A stretch of 64,000 nucleotides of DNA from Chrysomallon squamiferum (taxonomy: Eukaryota > Animalia > Mollusca), in assembly GCA_012295275.1 (NCBI GenBank), contig CM022679.1, positions 18,290,001 through 18,354,000 on the forward strand. The letters run 5' to 3'. Every line of letters begins with the position of its first letter. The stretch's first letter is position 1. This document shows, one piece after another, positions 1 through 12,161 of this stretch. Below the pieces are notes generated by a model, which was not told the DNA's origin, made no database searches, and saw only the letters and a list, made by a program, of their open reading frames with translations. The translations under genes were made by a program, and so were the position numbers.

Positions 1-33
1 CTCACTGCTTAAACAAATTAACTTTAATTAATG

Positions 34-74
<41 letters not shown>

Positions 75-337
75 TTGTATTTTACTGATATTTCCATGCT
101 AATGTTCTGCTTTACAAAGTAAAATATCTTAAACATTTTTTATTGTCACTTTTATTTGTGAATCAAAATAAATTAGAAACATGATATTTTTCTGATTTAC
201 AAAACTATTCTGTTGTACATAGTCAGAACTCCTTATCAAATATTTTTGAAAGTGGGTGCCACCTAAATTGAATTGTGTACTGGAGACAGAAGTCTGATAA
301 ATCATGTTAAAAAGCATTTGTACCTTTAAAAGTATTT

Positions 338-339
<2 letters not shown>

Positions 340-375
<36 letters not shown>
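340..375. repeat. (AC)n microsatellite
   Basis: Read directly from the sequence. Confidence 0.95.
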
Positions 376-376
<1 letters not shown>

Positions 377-436
377 AAAAAACACATTGACATATTTTAT
401 TGAGAATCATTGTTATGTAACTTAATATTTTTACAG

Positions 437-3400
437 GAAAGTTGCATGTTGTAAATACAGTCACAGGAAAGTGTGTGTATGAACAAAGTTGTTTGAACAA
501 TAAGGATAAAGAAGATGATCAAACTATCATAGACTTACTGTACTCACAGACCCTGAAACAATTTGCTGTTGTCACCTTTGATCACGACATACTGTTTTAC
601 AGTGAAGAGGATTTTAAACTTAAGAAACAGGTAATTTCAAGTGACTTTCATGTTTGTAGTGATAGTCTTTCCATAGGCAGTGGAAATTTTCATAAAATGA
701 AGAAAATAATTACAGCCCATTCAGTTAAAAACAGACACCCCCCCTCCAACATTTAGTTAGGTTTGGGTCATTTAGGACACAAATCAAAGATATCTGAACC
801 ATGCAAGAGAAAGATGCTTAATGTGTGTAACTGTAAATTCAGTACTTGAATAAAATATATTAAGGATATGTTTGAATAATTAGACAGATCACAAATGAGA
901 GTTGGTTGAAAAGTTGCACTTACGGAATTTAAGAATGCTAAAAAATAAGAACACTCAGTCTAAACTTTAAAAAAAAAATAAAAAATTTATTTACAGTTGG
1001 CTGGTTTCATAGATGAAATACTTGATGTGAAATTCCTTGGCAAGAATGATTCTCACCTGGTAGTTGTTAGTAACAGTAATAAGTTAAAGGTGTTTGAGAT
1101 TGATTCATGGGACTGCCAGATTTTATCTGGACACTCGGACATCATTCTAAGTGCTGATGTTTGTCAAACATTTGGATATATTGTCACATCATCCAAGGTA
1201 AGGAATCAAAACTTTCCGTAATCAGTATTTAATGTACTTTAACATACTCTTTGTATTAAAATATATTTAAATATATATGTTTTTAAACAATAAAAATTAT
1301 GGCATTTATACCTGTTAATCTATTTCATTCAATCCTTTTTAGATTTTTTGATTTTTAAATTTATTTCTTTTTCTTTTTTTATTCAGTGTCTTCCTCCTAC
1401 AGGCTATTTTTTATTTTGATCTGTGATTCATTTTCATAATAGTTTTGAAGAAAAATTAAATAATTCAGTGGGCATTTTGATTCCATATTCTTTATATTGT
1501 TTCTAGGACAACACGATTAGGTTGTGGAAGTTGCTTCCTGAATCCAACAAAGTAGCATGTGTTGCTGTAGGATATGGACATACTGAAGCCATTGGAGCTG
1601 TGTATTTCTCTAGGTACAGGATAAATTTATTAGATTTCAAAAAAGAAAAAGAAAACCCTCATAATTCATTTTAGTTGAAATTAATTTAGGACAGATAAAT
1701 TTGAAAACTATTCAGCATTGTTTTATCCACATGATATATAAAAACTGTTTTCTGTTAAATATGTAAACATCAGTTTTTAAAATATTTTTCTCTTTCTTCT
1801 TTCTAGAAAGACGACAACATTTATTGTGAGTGGTGGTCAGGATAGCACATTAAAAAAATGGCTGCTTCCATCAGAAGTTGACACTGAAGTCGTTACTACA
1901 CTTACAGTTACAGCTACAGAAAGAGCTCACGAGAAGGATATTAATTCAGTGGCTGTATCTCCTAATGATAAATTCATAGTCACAGGATCACAAGATAAAA
2001 CAGCTAAGGTAGATCAGTTCTAATATGTGGGCAAGATAAGCAGAATAGGAGGGATGCTTTGTTAACTTGTCTTTATGAAATTACTCATATTGTTGAACAA
2101 ATTATTTGTCATAATTAGTTTTGTAGCTAAATGCTTTTTTACACTGTTGTATCATAAAATTTAACTAATAAGTTTTAATATTGTAAACTGGTTTTAAAGA
2201 CTTTATGGATGGAGGGACATAAAAACAACACAGTTTTTGGAGACTGTTAGCGGTTTTGCTTTAACTACATTTCTTGGCATCCAGAATACTAAAATCAAGC
2301 TAATGTTATGTTCAAATGTTTATATAAAGCTGAAACACATAAATCAACATGTTGAAAAAGTTATGGGGAGATACATTATGGTATATTTAGTTTTTCATGC
2401 TTTATTTTATAGTCTGTGGATCCATATTGATTTATAATTCAATAAGTTATTAATTCAGTTATCAGCATGATTATTTATATACATTCAGTCGTTTATTATT
2501 GGGGTTTTGAGGGGATTGTTCTCAAATACTGCACAACTTCAACATTTGTGCAGCTTGAACAGCACCATTCCTACTGCTGTAGGAAGTTAAACACATGGAT
2601 CATGGAATCAACTTTTAATGTTTTCATAATCCAGCTAACTGAGTTTCATAGTTGGTGCTGGAGGATAAATGTGAATTAACACATCAGATACTTTTACTTG
2701 ACCATAATTATCAACTACCTTGAGGTATTATAACTGTACCACGTCTTCAATTAAAAAAACTGACAACAATTTTTATTTATAAAAGGGTTCTGTGTGTTCA
2801 TAGGTAAACCAAAGAAAGTACAAAATTAAGAAAACTCCTTTGTGTTTCTCTTTTAAATATCATTTTTGACACATTTGCATGTTTAATTTTCATTGTGTCG
2901 TAATTTTAGAACTTGTATTGCCCCTAATTAGTAGTTGTAACACCTTTCTGGAGTGGGCTCTGAGGTTTAGTCAAGTTTGCATATTGCAGAGGTTTATGGT
3001 TAAGCATCATTGTATATTATCAAATAAAGTCCTTTAAAATATTGTCCGAGTTAATACCTATCTATTAAAGGAAACAGAGTGATAGGTATTTAATTAATGA
3101 CACTCACTAAATTAAAGTGATTTACAAAAAAATGAAATTGTCACTTATTATTCCCAAATTATTTCATGATCATAATGTTTTAAAAAACAATAAAAAGAAA
3201 TTTTGCTTCTATATTTGTATTTTTTTTTTAAAGCATTTTTTCTTTGTTAAATGAGGAACATTTTATGAAAGCACATCACAATATTTTTTAAACTTGTATG
3301 CTTTAATTATTTATTATAAAGTTACATCTATAAAGAAAGGTATGATGTGCTATTTTTAAAAGTTATGATGTGCTATTTTTAAAAGTTATATATATATATG

Positions 3401-6400
3401 TATATTTTGTAGACATTATAGTGCTTGTTAAAAAAGGCTATGGTTTTTATATAAAGGTATTGTTACTGAACAATAAAACAGGATATGCAAAATTAATATA
3501 ATGTTAATGGTTTTGTTTGAAATATGTAAAAAGCTCTTGAAACTAGTCACTGATAATTTTCAAGCATCCTGTATTCCACAACTGTATTTTTTTCACAATG
3601 CTTCATGTTGCTTGATGTTGCCATTGTATATCAGTTTTGCTATATGAATAACTTTCCTTAGAATTTCATTGTTTATTGGCATTTGTACATTTTGCCTTTC
3701 TTTTCTTTTTCTTTTTTTTTAACAGACTGATATATGAAACAAAATTATTTATGTAGATGTCTTTTTTTTGAATTATGCATTTCAAAGTTGTTGATTTATT
3801 CAATTTTTATGTTTGATCAGAAATGCGTATAAAATTTTTAAATAAAAGCTAAAACAAAATTAAAGGCAAACCAAATATATCTAATCATATTGCTGAAATC
3901 AGTGTTAATGACTGTATGAGAGTATCTATATGGAATAATTATATTAGTTAGGAGTACACACATTCTTTGAACATCTGTGGTTCTTAATGTTGGTTATCAA
4001 TCTACTGTTCACCATTTAAAAATATTTTTTTTCATGACATATCTTTTCTGACATTGGAAACTAACTTTAAAAAAACGTATTTCTTTTATTAATAACAAAA
4101 AATAAAATTGTAAATGTGGTTATTTTCTTCTCCAAATAGTTTTAAAATCTTTAAAAAAGAAAAAAATATATTTTTCTAGCTTTTCAAATCTTCCAATTTA
4201 TCTCTACTTGGAATATTCCGTGGCCATAAGAGAGGAATTTGGTGTGTTCAGTTTTCTCCTGTTGATCAAGTAAGTTACATAATTTTTTTTTTTTTTTATA
4301 ATGTTTATTTAAGAAAAGTAAAATATTCATTTTTTGCCTGCATTAGAACATTATGATGTTCTGTTTGTTTAAATTTGTCTAATTATTTTTTTAACACACG
4401 GTTTGAAACTTAGAATTTTAGCATGTTTTAATGAAAGGTCACAGGCATTTTGTGGTACCTTTATTTAAGGGTGCACAAATTGCATGAAACTATCCATGCA
4501 TAACTTATATTTGTTAATGCAAATTTTGCTTGTCATTGAAATTAAATCGCCATTCACTTCATCAGTAGTGTTGGCCACTTAATGACATTATTTCATGTTC
4601 GGTATTACTGCATTACTATTTACTTTAGCAATATCTTTTTCCAATACAATCAACAACCTTGTTATGTTAACTAAGAATCAATAATTTTGGGAGTTGTTTT
4701 CATACTGACAATTGAAGCATTTTCCCCCATTTGCAATGTTTGCTTTTCTTCAGTATTTAATTTAATAATTTCTAAAGTTACGAATAATTTCTTTATATTT
4801 ATCAAAAACACTTAATTACTGGTAACATATCACTATCTCACTTTCAGCCATGTATCTAAATTACTTAATTACAAAGAAAAAAGAAATGAGATTATGATTC
4901 ATACGTGTGTGTTTTATTCAGGATTTTCCACAAACCCATCTAACAGTACAAAATGCTGTTTGAAATCTTTGTTTTAAATATTAAAGAAGTTCTTCATCAC
5001 TGTATTAATTAATTTATTTCAGTCATAATCCTAATTATATATGTATTATTATTAATATATTAAAAAAAAAAAAAGTAATTTAAAAAGGGTAATGCAAATA
5101 TTTAAATTTGTGCACCTCTGTTTATGAATTAGGTGTTATTTTACAAAATAAATGGGGTTATTTTGAATATTCTGGTTGTTTTTTTGGGGGGCGGGGATGT
5201 AATTAGTCCAGCAATACAAACAAAATAATTATCATTGAACTTGTTTTGTTTTTTCAGTGTGTTGCTACAAGTTCTTCAGACGGATCTATAAAAATTTGGA
5301 GTATAATAGACTTCACTTGTGTGAAGGTGAGGAAATAGATGTTAATCCTTTATCTTCTTTTTAAAAAAAAATATGCTAAGAAACATAAAGGCAGAAATAG
5401 CAGTTATATATTACACTTTCTGAATTTAAACAAAAAAAATGTATTTATTTATATTTTATAATTATTATTATTATTTTATTTATAAATGTTGACAAACTGT
5501 CTTGTGAAAAAATGTGACATCTTACTGAGAGATAAAAAGATGATTTATAAAATTACAATGCAAACAGAACTGAATGAACTAAACTGTCTTTCAGGGTGCA
5601 TGGAATGTGGATTTCTTTAACTTGTTTCAGTTATTAAAAAATATATCTTCCTTCGCATGTCCTTTAACAAATTATTTAGGGTGAATATTTATCAGTTTCT
5701 TTCTTACACCAAAATTAGTAAAAAAAAAAAAAATCATGCCAACTGTTATTTAATTAGTATAAAGAAAGAGTTAATAAAAATATAAAGGTTTGATTTTTCC
5801 AGGATTTGCAATTTATTTGTTATATAAGTTGAATAATTAATTATAATTTCAGACATTAGAAGGACATGATAGTTCGGTTCTGAGAGTTAATTTTATCACA
5901 CGTGGAATGCAGTTAGTTTCAAGGTAATATAACCAGTTGCAGATCGCAAAAGAAATTCTTACTCAAAGTATATGAAAGTTTGTTTTTAGGTAGTGGTAAA
6001 GATTTATTTGAAATTATTTAAGCAATCAATAAAGTGATTTAAAAAAGTAAAATTCTTGTTTTTTTGTAGTTGATGGTGAGGTATGCAGCTAAGAAAATAA
6101 CATGGGATATAAAATTTATAAATGTTACTGTTAAAATCTAAAATGTAGATGAAAAGAAATAATATAGTTCATAATTTAAGGTATATAAGAGTTAAAGATT
6201 TCTGAATGATTACTTTTAAATTTAACTGCTGAAGTTTGTTTGTTTTTGTATAGTGGTTCAGATGGTTTAATTAAATTGTGGACAATCAAGATTAATGAAT
6301 GTGTCAAAACATTTGATAAACACTCAGCTAAGGTGTGGGCATTAGCTGTTGGCAGACAGGAAGATTGTATAGTCACAGGTGGAGCAGATTCCACCCTGAT

Positions 6401-9400
6401 TGTCTGGAAGGTTTGTTTTTTAAATTTATCTTTCCCAGGTAAAACACTTTTTCCATCACCTAAACTTAATACATCTACAAAAGCATTACTATACATAAGC
6501 AAATTTTTTTTTAATAAATCCAGCTGAGTTTATATTTTAACCACAAGAAAATAGAATCCAGTGATTTTTCCTAGGTGAATAGTTAAAAATGCTTTTGGTA
6601 TTTTACATGAATCTAATGTTAATATAGTTTATATGAATTCTTCTGATCATTTAAATTGAATTATGATATAGATTACAAGTTTTATTTTCCACTACAGGAT
6701 GTTTCTGAGAAAGAAATTGAAGAGGCCAAACAAAAACAACAAGACCTGATACTACAGTATGTTGCATAGAAACTGTTCAAGAACAACACAGCCTACTTTT
6801 AAACATGAGGCCATGTTTATAATGAAAAACTATGTTTTCCGGATATATTTGTTCAAAAATAATGCTTGCTGGAAATCTATATATCCTACCTTGTATAGTT
6901 AGTAAATTCAGTACTGCTATAGAAAGTACTAATGACCATGTAGCCTGTATAGATGTGTATCATTGATTTCTTAAAATAATATATAACAAATGAATTATGG
7001 AGAAAAAAGGAATGAATTATAATTTTACAGTGTTGTGCATAAGTTATTTCTTTAACATTTTAGAGAACAAGAACTGTCAAACTTGATTCACAACAAGAAT
7101 TTTTTGAAGGCCATAAAATTGGCTATTAACCTTGAGCAGCCATTTAAATTGTTAACAATATTAAGAGGTAAGAAACACTGGGTAGATTTGCTTGTGTCAA
7201 AATTGCGTGAAAAGAATTTATATTCGTTTAAATTGGGTGGAAAATCTGATAATTGCATTACATAATGATTTCGTTTAATTTGTCTGTAGATTACAAGTAT
7301 TTATTACAAGTGGTGAAAATTGAAACTTGATAATAATCCCCTTTTGTTACATAAAAAACAAGTACTAGTTTATTCTTTTATTTTTGGCCTATTTTGATAT
7401 TATAGTGCCCAGTTTCAGGAGCCTCTCCAACCCAAACCAGTATACATTGGTACCTTGACTTATGAGTGCATCAGCTTATGAGTTTTCAGAGTTGTGAGCC
7501 TTTGTCCTGTCAGTTTTTTGCTTTGAGTTGCAAGCCAAAATCCGAGTTTTGAGCAAGCTTCGGATGTGCTGCTGCTAGTTGGGGCAGTGAACAACAAAAC
7601 ATCTGCCCAGCATCCCACGTCAAACTCATTTACTTAACATGGTTATCTCGCCATGGAAGCATCTCTGCTGTGTTGTGCTTGCATTTTGTGCAGTATTTTG
7701 CCAAATTTATTTTTTCTTGGATCCTAAGAAAGTTAGTGCAAAGGACAATGCTGAGAAGAAGAAGAAGATGATGCCCATTGAATTAAAGCATGAAATCACA
7801 GAAAAACATGAGTGAGGTGTGTGTGTAGTCAACTTGGTTATATGTGCCATACTGAAGCAGAAGGAATCAATAAAGGCCATAACTCCAGCCAAAGGCGTTA
7901 AAATAATTTCTAAGCTGCAGACCTCTGTCCATGAAAAGATAGAGACAATCTAACCATAACCCTGTATACTTTACAAAACCAATTTATTTCTTTACATTCT
8001 TTTATTTTGTTTTTAAACAAATTTTTTTCATTTATAAATACATTTTTCTTACTTAAAAACATGATAGAAAAATTGGGGTGTTTTGTGGGGCTGGAATGGA
8101 TTAATAGTATTTCAATAAATTTCAGCTGATACAACTGTATATATCAATCAAAGTGCTGGGGTTCATCATAGACATGTATTCCTACAAAATAACTGAAAGA
8201 AATTAGTCTTTGATTACATACTTCAAAGAAATAATTTTTAAAATAAATATGATTTTCACTTGTATTTTGAAACATCAGAAAGTTGTATAAAGTTTATATG
8301 AAAAGAATAGTTACTTTTTCCAATATTTTCTTTATTTTGTAGTGTGAGTTTTTAAATAGAGTGGTATCTTGACTTAAGAGTTTAATTCATTTCATGACCA
8401 AGTTCGTATGTCAATTTGCTCGTATATCAAATTAATTTTCCCAACTGAAATTAATTGAAATACCATTAATCCATTCCAGCCCCCAAAAATCCACCCTATT
8501 TTTTTTTTTTTTTTTTTTTAAATTGTTTTGTAATGTGTTTTTAAATCGGAAAAATGTATTTATAAATGACAAATATTTATAAAAATAAAATAAAAGAGAA
8601 AGTAAATAAATAAATTGGTTTTGTAAAGTGTATTTATCTTCAGACAAATTATTTTAATTCCTTTGGCTGGAGTTACAGCCTTTATCGACTCCTTCAGCTT
8701 CAGTATGGTACATATTGCAGAAGTACTACGCTTGTACTGCCTAGCCAAGTTGACTACATGCACACCTCTCACATTTTCTATGAATTCAAACTTTAATTCA
8801 ATGGATATCATCTGTTTCTTCTTCTCATCACTGTCACTTTGCACTAATTTTCTTAGGATCAATGGAAATTTGTTAAAATACCACACAAAACTCGTGCACA
8901 ACTCAACAGAGATGCTTTTGTGGCGAGGAGCCATGTGAAGTAAACGAGTAAGATGTGGGATGCTGGCCGGATGCAACAGTGTTTCTGAAGCTCGCTCGTA
9001 ACTCAAAGCAAAAACCTTACCATATGACTACTCGTAACTCGAAAAACATGTAACTCGTAAGTCAAGGTACCGCTGTATATGTATTCTGAATTTGGAAACT
9101 CTAGCACAAATAATTTTCATGCAGCATCTTTCCAAAAATATTAGGTGATAAAAAATACAAATGACGTTTTATAAACCATATTTCCACTTATTATGGCTAT
9201 AGGGGTGAGGTTATGCATCTGCGTATGCACTTCATTTTGCAAAATACCTGAAACATTTATCTGAAAAAAGTAAATTTTTTATGTACATTTTCCAAATGGC
9301 CATATCAAAAACTAAAAAAAACCTACTTTGTTTATTAAATTGTCATTTTTCACCTAGCATGTCCTCTTAAATATGTTAACCTTTCTATATACTGTTTAAA

Positions 9401-10759
9401 TCTTCCTAAATTATACATCAGTGCCTTGAAAAAATACAACATTTTGAATGGTTTGAAATTGGGGAAAAATGGCTAATAAATTATTGCTTCCTGTTTTGAC
9501 ATCTGTTAATTTATAGATTTAATTTAAAGGTCATATCATAACATGTTATCAGCACTATTTCTGAAATCTATAGCACTTATCTGCAGTTGAATGAATGCCA
9601 AGTCAGTTATATTTTTTTTTATAGCTATTTTATCTGAGGAAGATGGATCAAAACAGTTGGAAAATGTTTTGTCTCAACTAACATCTGACCAAACTGGTAA
9701 GAATATTTCACATTTTTGTTTTTTGATGGCCGTTTTCTGAGAATACTTAAATGAAGAATATTTTTATGTTAGCAACCATCAACTTAGAAGATAAATAAAA
9801 ATGTACTATATTTTTTAAATAAAAATTAAAATATATAAAGTTATTTATTTTTAATTCTGTTTGTTTAGGTTTTATTAATTATTTTTATAGTTAATAATAC
9901 TGATTTGGGACAGACATTGTTGCGATTGTGATTACTATATTTATTCCCAGATTCACTGCTAAAGTTTGCTGTTCACTGGAATACCAACAGTAAAAACTGT
10001 CAAGCTGCACAATTTGTTGTTGGAATCATTTTGAAAACCTTTGTGTCATCTGATATTGAGAAACTTCCCAATATTAAGTCAATTCTGGAAGGACTTTATC
10101 CATATACAGGTGATAAGTGATTAGTTTTTGAAACAAAACAAATGAAAGAAGTAAAAGTAGGCTACTGTCAGGTAATTCTATGTAATTATTTATTTACCTA
10201 TTTTTGTTCACATATATTAATCAGTCACCTTTATTCATTCCTCTTTTTCTTTTATTTATTTTTGTTATGGTCTATTATCATTTTCTGTTACCAGTCTTCG
10301 TTTTCTATTCACTGAAAGTACTTTTTGCAGAGTATTCTACAGTATAGATAAATGTAACATTTTATGTAGTGTGAAAATAAAAAAATAAAAATCCATTTAA
10401 TAATAAAAATATTTAAAAAGTAACACCGACATATTTTCTTCACAGAACGTCATTTTCAGAGGATGAACAGTCTACTCCAGCAGGCCATGTTTATTGAGTA
10501 TACCTGGAAATGTATGAGAACCATTGCAGACAGTTTGTAAGTTTCATTTTGCACATACTAATTTCTAAATTTTTTAATTACATTCTTTATGGTTTTAAAT
10601 TTTTGGTCATGTCTTTAAATTGGTAAGTTCTGAAGTAAAGATATAAATTATATTATTAGATCTGGTTGATTTGGTTAAAGGAAATGACTGATTGTTGGTC
10701 ATGTATGAATATTATTTTTGGTTTATTTGAGGTAGTTTCTTATTATGATGCCCTTTAAT

Positions 10760-10791
<32 letters not shown>

Positions 10792-10914
10792 CAAAATAGA
10801 GAAGAAACCAGGATTTCAAAACGTCACTTGAAATCATTAGAAAATGGAGAAGTAGAAGAACTATCTTCAAATAAAAGATCAAGGCACATAAGTCATTACA
10901 AAATACAGAAATAA
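437..10914 (+). CDS. TBL3: Transducin beta-like protein 3 / U3 snoRNA-associated protein 13 (WD40 repeats plus Utp13 C-terminal domain), 5'-partial, multi-exon
   Basis: Phase-consistent GT-AG exons: 437-630, 997-1197, 1507-1613, 1807-2008, 4180-4269, 5258-5326, 5853-5923, 6254-6410, 6698-6756, 7064-7167, 9625-9696, 9951-10109, 10446-10536, 10800-10914. WD40 motifs: AHEKDINSVAVSPNDKFIVTGSQDKTAK, GHKRGIWCVQFSPVDQ, GHDSSVLRVNF, SGSDGLIKLW. Utp13 C-terminus: EQELSNL...WNTNSKNCQAAQ...PYTERHFQRM. These match TBL3 as I recall it. The last exon is less certain. Confidence 0.95.
3340..3388 (+). repeat. 23-bp tandem duplication
   Basis: TATGATGTGCTATTTTTAAAAGT repeated twice. Confidence 0.85.
4466..5120. 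mobile_element. Putative MITE in a TBL3 intron
   Basis: Inverted ends GGTGCACAAATT (~4470) and AATTTGTGCACC (5105-5116). Confidence 0.35.
7445..8135 (+). mobile_element. Non-autonomous Tigger/pogo-derived DNA transposon, copy 1 (3' TIR missing)
   Basis: TA then CATTGGTACCTTGACTTATGAG TIR. Internal relic of the Tigger transposase N-terminal HTH: DPKKVSAKDNAEKKKKMMPIELKHEITEKHE*...ICAILKQKESIKAITPAKGVKII. Aligns by eye with the copies at 8359 and 34645. Confidence 0.85.
8359..9075 (-). mobile_element. Non-autonomous Tigger/pogo-derived DNA transposon, copy 2 (inverted relative to copy 1)
   Basis: TIRs GAGTGGTATCTTGACTTAAGAG ... CTCGTAAGTCAAGGTACCGCTG, flanked by TA. The minus ORF 8560-9006 contains EKKKQMISIELKFEFIENVRGVHVVNLARQYKRSTSAICTILKLKESIKAVTPAKGIKII. 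Confidence 0.88.
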
Positions 10915-12161
10915 ACATCCTTTACTAATATATTTCTTGATACCATTTTTGAGTGCCACAGATAACATTTTAAAATTGATTTATCTAATGAGGTAATTCT
11001 GTTTGGAATATTTCTTTGAACAAATCCAAGTTATATTTTGAAGTAACCAAAATCAATTAATTTAATATCAGTCATGGGATGAAATATTTTTCTTCAATGC
11101 AAGAAATTACAAATGCTGTTTACATTAAACTGTGATTTTAATATTAAATGTTCAAAAACAGTATAATTGTTTTTTTCATTTTCTTTAAATACAAAATCTG
11201 CCACACAGTAATAAATAAAGTAATAATCATATATATATAATTAATAATTTTTTATATGTACTATTTTATTTTATTCTATTCTTGGAAATTAAGTCATTAT
11301 ACACGTCAGCATTATTATTACAGGAAATAGAAAACTTCTAATTTTACTGTATTGTGTGTCATGTCCTGTTTTGAAAAACAAAATTTTTGATCATAGGTGT
11401 CAGTATGGATTTTTCAGATAAACCAAAATAATAAACTCAAATAATCTATGGTTAAAAAACAAAAACAAAAACCATTGCCAAAAACTAGTAGAAGTAAAAT
11501 AATTCCAACACCAGTTTAAAAAAAATTTAGAACTGTGTCTCAGAAATCTGTTATGGGCTATAAAAGTTAAAGAACTCACATTCAACAGAAATTTTATTTT
11601 TATCTTTTGAATTAATGTTACATCATAATCTTGAAGAAAAATGTTACGGAGTAGATATTAATCAAATTGATTTTACAATGATACAGAGTACACTATCTGA
11701 TAACATTTTAATGATTCATAGGTTTATATTTGCTTATAGAGAGTGCAGAAACAAATATTCTTAGTGCTTTAAAATATACTTTATATTTTATTATCATAAA
11801 ATGTTCTGTTTGTGAATAACATCTGTTGGAAGGAACTGTATGTTTTTATTTGTTAAAATCTTATCTTATTTATTACAATAATCCTGTTTTTAATTGTACT
11901 CTGTTTCATAAACTGAGTGTTTTAAGTGGGCCAAACATAATGTCAAAGGTCCATGGAAAATTAATTTTGTCTTGAAATGCATCTTAATTTGGAGTAAATG
12001 GAATCTAAGATCATTTTCAAAAAGTATTCATGGAAGGAATGTTTTTCAAGCCTTAAAATTTTTCCAAACAACTTATTTTGTTAATTAATATTTCTAGAAT
12101 TTAATATGACTATTTAAAATGACTGTAATACAAGAAAATGTCCCAAATTCCAGATATGTTT

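Noticed and set aside
8560-9006. 148-aa minus ORF with a Tigger HTH, as a domesticated TIGD-like gene
   Set aside because: It lies inside a TIR-bounded multi-copy element, starts at a non-ATG codon and has no DDE domain. Sister copies carry stops.
631-10799. Intronic snoRNAs, which ribosome-biogenesis genes such as TBL3 often host
   Set aside because: I found no convincing C/D box pair with terminal stem or H/ACA architecture by eye. An Infernal/snoscan run would be needed.
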